NCBI RefSeq assembly: GCF_009914755.1 | Contig: NC_060927.1 | Reading direction: 5' to 3' (one strand) | Source: the human T2T-CHM13v2.0 reference genome, Homo sapiens | DNA: 64,000 bases | In this document: piece by piece, positions 1 to 12,079 of the stretch | Layout: every line of letters begins with the position of its first letter | Numbering within the stretch: the first letter of the stretch is position 1 | Translations under genes and position numbers: made by a program | The notes under the pieces: generated by a model | The model's database searches: none | What the model was told of the DNA's origin: nothing | What the model saw: only the letters and a program-made list of their open reading frames with translations

Positions 1-726
1 AGTTCATACCTTAAGTTAAAAAAGAAGGCAGAATGTCAAAGCTTTCAGTGAGTGTCAGAGATCTAGAAACAATTGTAATGAAGAAGAGTCATGGTTAGAT
101 GCTGACAAACTAAACAAAATGAATCAAAGGACACAACATGGTCAATCTTTCAAGTGAAGCTTATAAACTTGAGAATTCAGGAATTCAGAATAAAGTAAAA
201 TCTGTTCTTATGCAGAATTTAAATTAAAATACATGATGACTGACTGTATGTGTGATACCACAGAAGAGGATTTCTGAGTCTCCAGTGTAAGAGACAGATC
301 TGATCTGAGGTGTGGAAGAAAAAAAAAACAGATAACAAAAATGACAAGTAAGAGATAAAATCAGATAAAGAAAGAAAAAGTCAACTCTAGATTAGATTTA
401 AAAAAAATCTGAAAGTTAAAAAGAATGTTGTCACTAAGAAGGTCAGCAAACCAAATCAGAAAACAAATTCAATTCAGAAAAAAATGAAAATAATACAGCA
501 ATCTAAAAATTATATTTGTGTGTTTATAGCTTAAAGATATATAGAAAGTTACATTTTTAGAAATAGAGTAATTAAAGCCTTAAAACATAAAGCAAAAGTC
601 CTCTAAGGGCAGGCGGGTAAGGCAAATAGAATTCCTAAATGTAAAACACTAGTCAGTGAAATTAAAAAAAAAAAATTCTATTTTAACAAATTCTAATCTA
701 CTCAAAATAGAATAATGAGATAATTA

Positions 727-1055
<329 letters not shown>

Positions 1056-1069
1056 TGTAATTAACTGTA

Positions 1070-2950
1070 CACTGTGGAGTACTTTGTCACTACTTCTTTC
1101 ATTTAACATAATCTTTGCAAGCTTCGTCCTTGTTGTAACATGTATTTTTTTATTGCCTAATAAGATTCCATTGTATGGATGTATCACATTTTATCCATTT
1201 ATCATTTTTGAATTATTTCCATTTCTTGGCTATTATCAATAATGCTGCTGTGAACAATTGTGTATAGTCTTTCGTGTGAACATATACTTTGATCGCTCTT
1301 TGATATATACCTCAGAGTAGAATTGCTGGGTCATATGGTAACTCTGACCATTTGAGGAACTGCCAAACTGGTTTCCAAAGTGGCTGCACAATTTTACACC
1401 CCCTTCTCAATACTTATTATTATGCTGTTTTGTTTTGTTTTCAACTTTAGCCATTATAGTGGTGATATCTCATTCTAGTATTGATTTGCATTCCCCTAAT
1501 GACTAACAATGTTGTGTGTGCTTTCATGTGCTTACTGGCCCTTTGTGTAACCTCTTTGGAAAAAATTAACGAACTATTGGTTTCGTTATTTGCTTATTTT
1601 TAAAATTCGGTTATTTGCTTTTTCATTATTGAATTGTAATAGCTTTTTATAGAGTATAGAGACACATCTCTTATTAGATATGCAATTTGCAAAATTTCTC
1701 TCATGTTGTGGGTTTTCTTTCACTTTTTTGATGACTCCTCTGATAAGTCTATTATGCTATGCCCAATTTATTTTTGTTGCTTGTATTTTTTGTCATATCT
1801 AAGAAAAAATTAGATATGACAATTTCTAATTTATTAGAAATGTCAAATATGAAATGTCAAATTAGAAATATGACAAAAAAATTTTGTCATATCTAAGAAA
1901 AAATATCTAAACCAAAGATGATATACACTCCTGTATTTTCTAAATATTTTATAATTTTAGCTCTTCATGTATGTCTTTTATCTTATTATTCATTTACATC
2001 CATTCCTAGTTAATTTTAATACATGGTGTGAGGTAGGGGGCCAACTTGGTTATTTTTCTTACTAATATCTAGTTATTCCAGAACCATTTGTTAAAAAAAT
2101 TTTCCCCTACATTGAATTTTCTTGGCACACTATTCAAAAATCAATTGACTGTAAATGTGAAGTTTTATTTCTGGACTTTCAAATCTAGCCCATTTACCCA
2201 TATGACTTCGTATTCTTATGGATTACTATAGCTTTGTAGTTAGTTTTGCAATTGAGACATGCAAACCTTTTAATCTTGTTCTTCTTTTCAAGATTGCGTT
2301 GGCTATTCTGGATCACTTGAATTTCCTTTTATGTTTTAGAAAAGACTTGTTAATTTCCGCAAATAAATCACTGGATTTTTGATAGGGGTTTTGTTGACTT
2401 TGCAGGTCAATTTGGAGACTATTGTCATCTTCACAATATTAAGTCTTCTGACCCCTGAACATGAGGATGTCTTTCTTTGGGTCTTTCTAATTTCTTTCAA
2501 CAATGTCTAAAGTAATGTTTTACACTTCTTTTGTGACATTTCTTCCTAAATACTATATTATTTTTCATGTCACTACAAATTGAAGTTTTTTTTTGGTTTT
2601 CATTTCATTTTTGGTTTGTTCATTGGTACTGTATAGAAATATAATAAATTGGTGTTTATTTACCTTGTATCTTACAACCTTGTTAAACTCGCTTATTAAT
2701 TTTAAAAGGTTTTTCTTTATACCAGATCAAATAAACTACAATAGAGACACTTTTAACTCTTCCTTTCTGATATAGATGCCTTTTATTTCATTTTCTTGCT
2801 TAATTGCTCTGGCTAGAACTTGCAGAACAATGTCAAATAGAAGTGGTAGATGCAGACATCTTTGTCTTATTCCTGAGATTAAGGAAAAATCATTCAGTCT
2901 TCACAATTAATTATAATTTTACCTGTGTATTTTGCATAGATGCTGTTTAT
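1070..2950 (-). mobile_element. Old L1M (L1MA/MB-like) 3' end and ORF2 remnant
   Basis: T-rich antisense L1 hallmarks: GAATTGCTGGGTCATATGGTAACTC, TTGATTTGCATTCCCCTAATGACTAA, GGTGTGAGGTAGGGG, GATTACTATAGCTTTGTAGT. Confidence 0.85.
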
Positions 2951-2954
2951 CAAA

Positions 2955-3320
2955 ACCAAGAACACAGAGGTAGAGACAAGAACTGCTGACACTCATTCCC
3001 AGGTAACAAAACTGAACCTTAGGAAAAGAAGTGGCAACGTATACCCAACTGTATAAAGATTGCTATAACCTGTGCCTTCTATTTGCCTGTTTTTCCTTCC
3101 CTTCTGAAATGATTTATTTTGCAGTATCATTTTTTCACTATTGTAAGTTGGGTATGTTGCAGATCTTCAGACCTAAAAAGATTTATCCTATACCTGGAAC
3201 TGATATAGATAACAAAACCTGAATGCCAATTTGAGCCTCATCTGATGAAAGGAGACTTTTGCATTTGTTGAAATGAGTGTCTGTATTTTACATGAGAGAG
3301 GAATTTGAATAATTTGATAA
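2955..3320 (+). mobile_element. Probable MaLR (MLT1-type) internal 3' fragment
   Basis: Resembles the MaLR internal end (GGAACTGATATAGAT..GAGACTTT..GAGTGTCTGTATTTTACATGAGAGAGG); recalled similarity only. Confidence 0.35.
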
Positions 3321-3388
3321 ACATAGGAAAAACTGTAATGTATTTGAAAAGCCCTTCATACTTTTTGAAACAATCAAATGAAACAAAT

Positions 3389-3440
3389 TGTGTGTGTGCA
3401 TGTGTGTGTGTATTTGTGTGCGTGTGTATGTGTGTGTGTG
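3389..3440. repeat. Imperfect (TG)n microsatellite
   Basis: tgtgtgtgtgcatgtgtgtgtgtatttgtgtgcgtgtgtatgtgtgtgtgtg. Confidence 0.95.
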
Positions 3441-3999
3441 TTTTTCTGGGCTCAAAAGAATAAAGAGACAAAAGACTAAAAAAAGAAAAAAAAAAAGCAT
3501 TAAGCCGAAATTATAAAGGTAGAAATAATTATAAAGCGTTCTATTCTCCCTTGAGGCACAAAGCCAATACTTTGAAATCAAATTTTATGAATTAATTGAT
3601 ACTCTTGTGAATGAAACTTGAGGTCAAACAAAGCTGAACAAGAGATCTCTGATAGGCTATGGCTATGTTTACAGGATCTACACCTTCATCAAAAGGGGAG
3701 CTCTGGAAATTTTTGCCTGGCTGAAGACTAAAGGCAAAAGAAATGCTATAGTTAGGCTATCTGTTTTTTATAACTAAAATAGCTAAAACAAACAAATATA
3801 TTAATAGTATTAATATTTTCTCAAAATATTTGAAACAGTAGTCCTACCTTCAAATGAAGCTGGGTCTTATAGTTATGATCACTCCTCCTTATTGTGTCAA
3901 ATAAACTTTATGTCAAGATATTAAGTTTAAGAACACTGAGTTATGTGTATTTCTGGAGTGTGGCAGAAGCAAATACAAAACATCTTGTAGAAAACATTC

Positions 4000-5820
4000 T
4001 TATTTCTTCTTCTCTCAAAATTTACTCAGAATAAATTCAGCCAATTAGAAAAATAGAGCCCAAACCCACTAAATTAATAAAGAAATAATAAACCTTGACA
4101 ATGAAAGTAATATGAAAAATAAACAACTGCTTGAGGCAGTTGCTTTAAACTTTCAGGTATTAGAATAATCATATATAGCATACAAAGTAACCATGTAGAA
4201 ATAAAATTTTTGAAATAGCCATGAATGAGTCTACTCAAAATTACCACTCATACACAGAACAAAAAGGACTATAAAAGTGAAATTACAATAAATGAAATAA
4301 AATATATTTAATGGGTTGTTTGAATAGTAACTTAGATATACCTGAAAAGACAATTAATTTAAAAAATTATAAGAAATTATTCAGAATGTATGAAATATAA
4401 AATATGAAAAATTAAAGAACATATATGATGGAATGAGGCTTACCATAGGTCTAATAAGAATTCCCAGAGGAAAAAAAAGTAGGAGAAAAATACTCAAAAT
4501 GAATATAGTTAATTTTTTTTCCCAAAACTGCTGAAAGAATGGAAACTACTAATAAATGAACATAAACTATTCTAAGTAGAATTAATAAAAATAAATCCAG
4601 AGCTAGATATATTATGGTGACACTTTAGAACATCAAACACGAAGAAAACCAAAGAGAGAAGACACCATCCACAAAAAAATACAAATAACATCACAACAGG
4701 TTTCAAACAACATCAACGAAAAAAGACAGAAGACTATGTAATAATACTCTCGATTTTTAAACAAAGTAACTTTCTTCCTGACATAATGCTGTAATTGCCT
4801 AAATTATTATTCAAATTGGAGAAAATAAATATAGTTTTCAAAAACCAAAAAATTATATGTAAACTGCCACTACTTTTGCACAAAACATGAATTTCTACAG
4901 TTATATATTTCAGTAGAAAGTCAAGAATGAATGATTATTGAAGAAATTGATATAATTGTGAGTAAATCTAAAGTAATAGTATATCAAATGATAATGTCTA
5001 ATCTATAGGTTTAAAGTAGCAATTCAAGATAGAGCTACAATAAGTGACAACAGTGTGGTGTGAAGTGTGAATAGTGTGTGAAGTGATTAGGAAGCGTTAG
5101 AAAGAATTGTTCACATAAATAGTAGCAACATTGATCAATTTTGGACTTTTCATGGTAGTATACATAAAATATTTTAAAGAGTCAACAAACAAATAGTAAA
5201 ATACATTGTTTCTAAACTAGTGGAGAGAAAAAAATTAGAAAGAAAAAATTAATTCAAAAATGATTTAAAAAATGTGAAAAATATAAAGTGGAGAATTCTG
5301 TGCCAAAATAAGTCAATGTACTACAATAATCAAAACAAACGTAAATGTATTGAATTTACTAGTTAATAGAATTTGTCAAATTTGATTAAAAATACACCTA
5401 TTTGCTATTTGTACAAAAAATATAAATGTAAGAATACACAAGACTGAGTATGAAAGAGCGGAAAAACAAAATGCCAGGCAAATGAAAAGTCAAAGAAACA
5501 TGGGGCAGTTATATTCACATCAGACACACAAAAAAGAAACTCACCAAAATAAACAATTTTAAACTTAATGCATCCAATAAGTAGGTCTGAAAATAAATGA
5601 AATGAATCTACATCATCCTAGAAGAGATAAACAGATCTTTCTAAAGTATGATTAGTCCTAGAATCAGTTATGCAATAGATAAGATATAAACAATTAAAAT
5701 GACTAATTTATGTAAAAATACAGAAATCTGTACCAAAGAAACAAACAATGCATATTTTTCTCAAATACATATGAGATTTTTATTAAAATTCAATATATTC
5801 AAGGCCATAAAATAGTTGTT
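4000..5820 (+). mobile_element. Highly decayed ancient L1 (ORF1 and endonuclease region)
   Basis: A-rich sense strand with L1-like phrases (ATAGGTCTAATAAGAATTCCCAGAGG, AAATCCAGAGCTAGATATATTATGGTGA, AAATGTATTGAATTTACTAGTTAA, GCATATTTTTCTCAAATACATATGAGA). Confidence 0.6.
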
Positions 5821-5821
5821 C

Positions 5822-6892
5822 ACACAAGCAACCTATGAAATGGGAAAAAAAATGCAAACCTTATATCTAACACAGGGTTAATATTTAAGATATATAAGGA
5901 ATTCAAAAAGCTCAACAGAAAGAAAACAGATAACCCAATTATAAAATGGGCAAAGGACCTGAATAATTTCTCAAAAGAAGACATACAAATTATCAACATA
6001 TATACAAAAAAAAGTTAACTGTCACTAATCATCACGGAAATGCAAATTAAAAACACCATGAAATATCATCTCATACCTGTTAGAATGGCTATTATCTAAA
6101 AGGAGAAAGATACATGTTGGCAAGGATATCAAGAAAATGGAAACTTTGTACACTGCTGAGTGGAATGTAAATTAGTACAGCCATTTTGGAAACAGTATGG
6201 AGAGTCTTAAAAAATCAAAATACAGAATGACTATATGATTTAGTAATCCTACTTCTGCTTATCTATACAGAAGAAATAAAATTTGTATATCTGCATTCCC
6301 ATGTTTATTGTAGCATTATTCACAATAGCTAAAATAAGAAATCAACCTAAATGTCCATCAGTGGACAAATGAATAAGGAAAATGTGGTTTACACACATAA
6401 TTGAATACCATTCACACTTTGGAAAAAGAAATCCTGTCATTTGCAACAACACAGATGAACCTAGAGGGCATTATGGTAAGTGAAATAAGCCAGACGCAGA
6501 AAGTTACTACATCCTCTCATTTTTATGTCAAATCTAAAAAAGATGAACCCATAAAAGCAGAGAGTAGAATAGTGGTTACCAGGTGCTGGGGTGGGCAGTA
6601 GGATGGGAGTGGAAGGACATTGGTCAAAGGACACAAAATATCAGACTACGGAATAAATTCAAGAGATCTGTTTTACAACATGGTGACTATAGTTAAAAAC
6701 AATGTATTGCATACCTGAAAATCACTAAAAGTAAATTTTAACTGTTCTCATCATAAAAGAAAATAAGTAAGTGAGGCAACACATATGTTAATTAGCTTAA
6801 TTAAGCCACTCCACCAAAATGTCTACATTTTTATAAACATCATGTTGTACATCAACAATATATACATATAATTGTAATTTGTCAATTAAAAT
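5822..6892 (+). mobile_element. L1MA-type 3' fragment (ORF2 end and 3' UTR)
   Basis: AAAATGGGCAAAGGACCTGAAT, AATCAACCTAAATGTCCATCA, GAAATCCTGTCATTTGCAACAAC, ends AATTTGTCAATTAAAAT; ORF 6401-6601 (EILSFATTQMNLEGIMVSEISQTQK) is the L1 ORF2 C-terminus. Confidence 0.9.
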
Positions 6893-7929
6893 TTAAGGTG
6901 TTAATTAAAAATAGCTTTCAATAATTTTCACAGGTTTGCATGGAAATTAATGTTTCCAACTAAGTAGCAAGAAAAATAATAGCAGAAGTGCCTCAAAAAA
7001 TGCTAAAAACAGAAATACATTATTTTTAAGCATGCCAAATAATAATTATCAGAAGCTGTCTGCCTAAATATAGTAAGAGAGCCAGTAACCATTTCATTGC
7101 TGAACCAATTCTGAGACTACCCCGATGCTGACCCTCTTAATATATAAAAGTCAATGTTGTCATTATTTAACCTTTATAGTTAATTCTTACGCTGGCAGTT
7201 GTAAATAATCGAAGTCAACTTTGTGTATAAATCACTATTTGATATACCAGATATTAGTAATGTTGAGGGGAAAGTACATTTTTCTACCAGCTGACTGCAC
7301 AGGCAGTCAGAAGCAAGTAGTGTTGTTCATCAATCATTAGAATATGATATTAAATATTTTATAGAAATTTAGTTATTTTTAATTTTTGTATAAATTGCTA
7401 TTTACTGCCATTCTCTACTCCTGATTGCCGCAAGAAAAAAAAATTCCTCTAAACCTTTTTCTCTTCTCGCTAGACATCCTTCAACTTCAGGAAAAAGGAA
7501 TTGAACTAAGCCAGCTGATGAGTTTGAGAGGAAAAACTGCACACAGCAGGTGAACACCTTTCTCTCTCCCTCACTGGAGTGCCTGCCTGTCTGTGGACTT
7601 AGAATTCTCTTCTATTTTTCTGTGCCATCAGTTTTAAAGGACTGATGGGATGGCAGATATATTGCAATTTTGGATAGAAAGTTAAATTCAAACAAGCGTT
7701 CAAATCTTTTGCTTGGGCCAAGAATATATTTTTAAAAAGACAAGTTATAGAATTTGGGACAATAAATTTTAAACAGAGAATGAAATGTTTTACATGACAA
7801 AGGTGAGTGAATTTAAACTCTAGTGGTGTTTTTTAATGATAAACCCCAAGCAATTTCTTGAATTTGATCGCTTGTGATTGCCTCTTTTGTAGGACTGCTT
7901 TTACAATTGTGTAGCAGACACCTGGGCAA

Positions 7930-8427
7930 TGTAGACTGACAATTTTCCATGGATGGCTTACATTTCTTCACAATTTTGACAGTACTTATTACAGATAATC
8001 TGTCAAATATGTTTGTATAAAACACAATATAAGGATAGTTTTGGAATATAAAGATAGTTTCTCCCTCTAGGAGACAGGGGAAATTTATTTGCTGTCCAGG
8101 AGACTAAAGACAATGTCTCCCTCTGGGCAAAGATAGGACACACATGCTACTAGTCTTCTTACAAGATTGAGAGTGTTTTAAGCTGTGGTTTCTCAACCAT
8201 GACACAAATTTACTACGTGTGCAGCGCCTATTTGGGCCACTTCTCATCCTCCTGCGGGAGATGAAGTAATGTAAACATAAAGCTCATATTGCCAGTGCCA
8301 TAAGTGATAAAGTCCTTTGTCTCTAACCTAGGAATCTTGTTTTTTCTACCAGTATCTATGAAATTGTGGATGGTTAATTTGTTAGCTCGTAAATAGAGTA
8401 AAATATCAAAGCATTCTCAGATCTTAA
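7930..8427 (+). mobile_element. ERVL solo LTR, LTR40-like
   Basis: Starts TGTAGACTGACAATTTTCCATGG; contains AAAGTCCTTTGTCTCTAACCTAGGAATCTTGT and TTGTTAGCTCGTAAATAGAGTAAAAT; candidate 5-bp TSD GGCAA/GGAAA. Confidence 0.7.
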
Positions 8428-9221
8428 GGAAAGAGGTATTAAGTCTTAGATCATATGCTATTTTGATTGACATTTTGATGTCTATATTTATAGAAAAATA
8501 TATTTTAAAAAATTTTATGGAGAAGTTACAGTTCAACAAAAGGTCCCTAGGTTTCAGCAGAGCAAGTCTTTACAAAAGGTCTTAATAAGATTAGAGATCT
8601 CAAAAGCTAAGAATGGTATAGAAGGGGCTGTGTTGGCAGCTTCAGACAGATAACAGGGCTTTACATTGATAGTTTGCTTCTGGTGACTTTTGCTATGTAG
8701 AATTCCTGGCCTAATTTGCAAATGAGGGTGGAGCAGCATTAAAAATCTTTAGTTCTAGGTGAGGAAAACCACCAATGCTGCTAATCTGAAAGGCAGCTAA
8801 ACTATTGGTGCTCCACAACTCTAATGAAATTCTCACTTTACATCATTATTCTCATTCAGCGGTGATACAACTGTTGATACATTTTTTTCTTAAAATGACC
8901 TTCAAGGCCTAAAGATGAAACTCTGGGAGTGACTATCCTTGAATTAATGTAGTTTGTTCAAGTTCACTCTGTTCATTTCAAGTCCTGTAAACATAACATC
9001 AGTTTTCTGGAATGAATATTATGACTTCAATGAAAGAACGGGAGACATATTTTAATAATAAATATTTACAAAAAGTATTTATGATAAGTTCTTCTTACAC
9101 AAGCACAAAAGGCCCTTTGTAAGGACAACTTATCTTATTGGATTGAAGATCCAGCTTATCATATTGGATTTTCAGTGATTTCCACAACTCATGGAAATCA
9201 CTGAAAATCCTAAGATTTTTC

Positions 9222-9388
9222 TAGCCCTTCCCACTAAATGTATTGTCCATGAATCAGCAGCATTGGCACTATTCAGGATGTATACACATCCTGATCTATT
9301 TCTCATGCCCTGATCCAAGAATTAAAAGTTGCACATTATGAAAACTTTGGGTTATTTTTACTTAGGTTGAAGTTTGGGAAATACAGCC
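9222..9388. mobile_element. MER5-like (hAT-Charlie) non-autonomous DNA transposon remnant
   Basis: ..AAATGTATTGTCCATGAATCAGCAGCATTGGCA.. and terminal GAAGTTTGGGAAATACAG resemble MER5A/B ends. Confidence 0.55.
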
Positions 9389-9681
9389 TTAATAGAGCCT
9401 ACATTGTTCCTGGGAATTAGGAGTGCTGTGAAAAATCAAAGATAAGCTAAAGTGTTTTGAAAAATGCTTCTTATCCGCAAAGGAGCAGTTGAAAATAGGA
9501 AAAAAATGAAGGAAGATAGGTTGATTAAGCTGGAGGTGGAAAGAAGTTTCCTCAAGTGGAAGCATGAACTGTAAAGCACAGGCTGTACAAATAAAACAGG
9601 AGAGATTAAATCATAAAAGTCAGGATAGATTGATATGAAAAGACAAAATAAATACTCCTTGTTGTTTAAAAAGATACTTCA

Positions 9682-10048
<367 letters not shown>

Positions 10049-10922
10049 TTAGTCCTTACTAGGTCAGAAACAGTGTCTGAAGCCCTACAAAATCTAACAG
10101 AAGACAAGAAAGAATCAGGTCTCAGACAGCAAACTAGAATGACTTTCGCAGAGTCCTTGGGTCCAGAAAACAAGTGAGTAGATGCTTCCTAAAGCTACAG
10201 TTTGAGAATGCAAAATGAACAAACACACTTACACAAGTGTTTACATAAAATTTGGGCAGTTTTGAATGGACTAGATCAGGAAGACAGTGTAAAATATTTA
10301 AAGAATTACTAGGTGAATTTCAGGGTGACATCATTTTTGTGTATGTGAATCCTATTCTTTCCTGAGTGTCCTAAGGATATAAAATTATGAATATATGGAA
10401 TTAAAATTCTAAGAGAAGATAAATAATAAAATATGTTAAAGAGGAGCTAGATAGGATAAAAATAGATGGAGACAGGGCTAGAGTTTATCAAGCAAATACC
10501 CCATGGGAAAAACCTTCTGGGCAGAATTATTCAATGAATGTAAGTACATTTTTTGAATTGATGATTTTGGTAGGTACAAAAGGCACTGACTACGAAACCT
10601 TATTTGAATTACGGGAGATCCCTCAATTTCAAACCTTAAAGGATATGTTACAACAATATCTGAGACAGGAAGCAAATGGAAATGGAAATGGAAAAGATTC
10701 CAACAAAAACTACCTTGGATAGGCAAGGACAGAGTTGAACTACAAATGGTTTAAGCTATTATAACTTCAACTAAGCCTTCCAAAAGGGAAATAAAAATAC
10801 TAAAGACATATGCCACTATAGAAAATTCCCTAATGTAAAAAAAAAAAAAAGAATGTAGCAGAAAGAAATGCTATCAAATTTCTGCATTATTCAAAAAAAC
10901 AAAAAAGCATGATAAGAAGCAC

Positions 10923-12075
10923 ATGACAGATGCATCAATAGCAGTTTTAGTTCAGAAAACCCTAGTGGATAAATTTCCAGCTGAAACCAATGTGGGGTTG
11001 GGAGAAACTTGCCTGAGAGAGGAGGTTCATATGCTTAAGCTGCCATGTGGCACAGGATAGAGAGGACTGCTCACAAGAGATAGTAAAGGCCATGTCACTA
11101 GCAGAGACTACCTCCATGTAGTGTTGTCCTGCCATGCAGTGTTGTCCTGCCAAAAATGTGGGGCTCCAAGGAGAATTGTAAATTAAGAGTTTGAATACGC
11201 TGGATGAGAAAGAAAGGCTTGTCAAATAAGACTTGGTGATTGAGACTGTCACCATTGCAAATTTCTAAACTTTGCCAGAAGGCAGAAATATCTCAAATGC
11301 TGTTCTAAGTGAAGGAACATTTGCATAATGGAATTTCCCCCCAGATATCCTAAACCTAGTGGCATAATTAACCTCTTTATGTAAGATTTTTCCCAATCCA
11401 TCCTATATTCACAAACCATGGACTCTAGACACCTACATAAATAACTGGTACTTCGGCAAAGCTGAAACCCAGATGTTCCCTTTTTGCCCCTTCCTCAGAT
11501 ACCATTGAATTTGTTGTATGGTCTTTGGCAGCACTCAGTATGGGCGTCTGAAAAGAAAAATTTGCCTCTTGTAACTGCACTGGTGCTCAAAATTCAGACA
11601 TTTTCCAAATTTATGGAAGATGTGCCAGTGCTGGAATGAATTTCATATCTATGGATTTTTAAAGTGAAGAATATCGGCACCTTGTTATTGATCAAAAATT
11701 TATTTAGGAACTAGCCCATTTCAGTAAGATACTAAGACCATAGCTACTCAAGAAGCCACAGCTCCACAAGCTTGCAGAATTTCTTTGGCTTACATAGAAG
11801 AATTGTGAAATAAGGTGGAACAAAAAATTTGAAAAAAGATTAACGTAATAATTTTTTACTTTAGACTATTTATGACAACCTTATTTGGGGATTAATTTCC
11901 AGTAGCTAATGAAGAAATTTAATTTGCAGAGAAAATTATAAATGAATCTAAGATCTGCTTCAGAGATTAATAAAATGAATGGTTTGAGTTCAAATTTAGA
12001 AGATCCCCATTACTATTTAGTTTTTGCATAATTGTCGTATTCTCATCTAATCAAAGATCAGACCTTCTAAAGACT
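10923..12075 (+). pseudogene. Putative endogenous viral nucleoprotein (N)-like gene, decayed
   Basis: ATG 10923 MTDASIAVLVQKTLVDKFPAETNVGLGETCLREEV..; LTSLCKIFPNPSYIHKPW (~11368); DIFQIYGRCASAGMNFISMDF*SEEYRHLVIDQKFI*ELAHFSKIL (11597-11734) follows the spacing of the bornavirus N core (recalled: [17 protein letters not shown]..EIRDF); about 1.1 kb available; 3' boundary uncertain. Confidence 0.5.
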
Positions 12076-12079
12076 TAAT

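Noticed and set aside
10423-10722. About 99-codon open frame (includes listed ORF 10534-10722) as a host micro-gene
   Set aside because: No splice or promoter context. The overlapping frame ending at the stop plus A-run fits the fossil L reading better, though part of this frame could be the true one if frameshifts occurred.
11690-11760. KFI*ELAHFSKILRP*LLKK as a Gypsy RT connection motif
   Set aside because: No YxDD or other RT motifs upstream; the longer context fits a nucleoprotein better.
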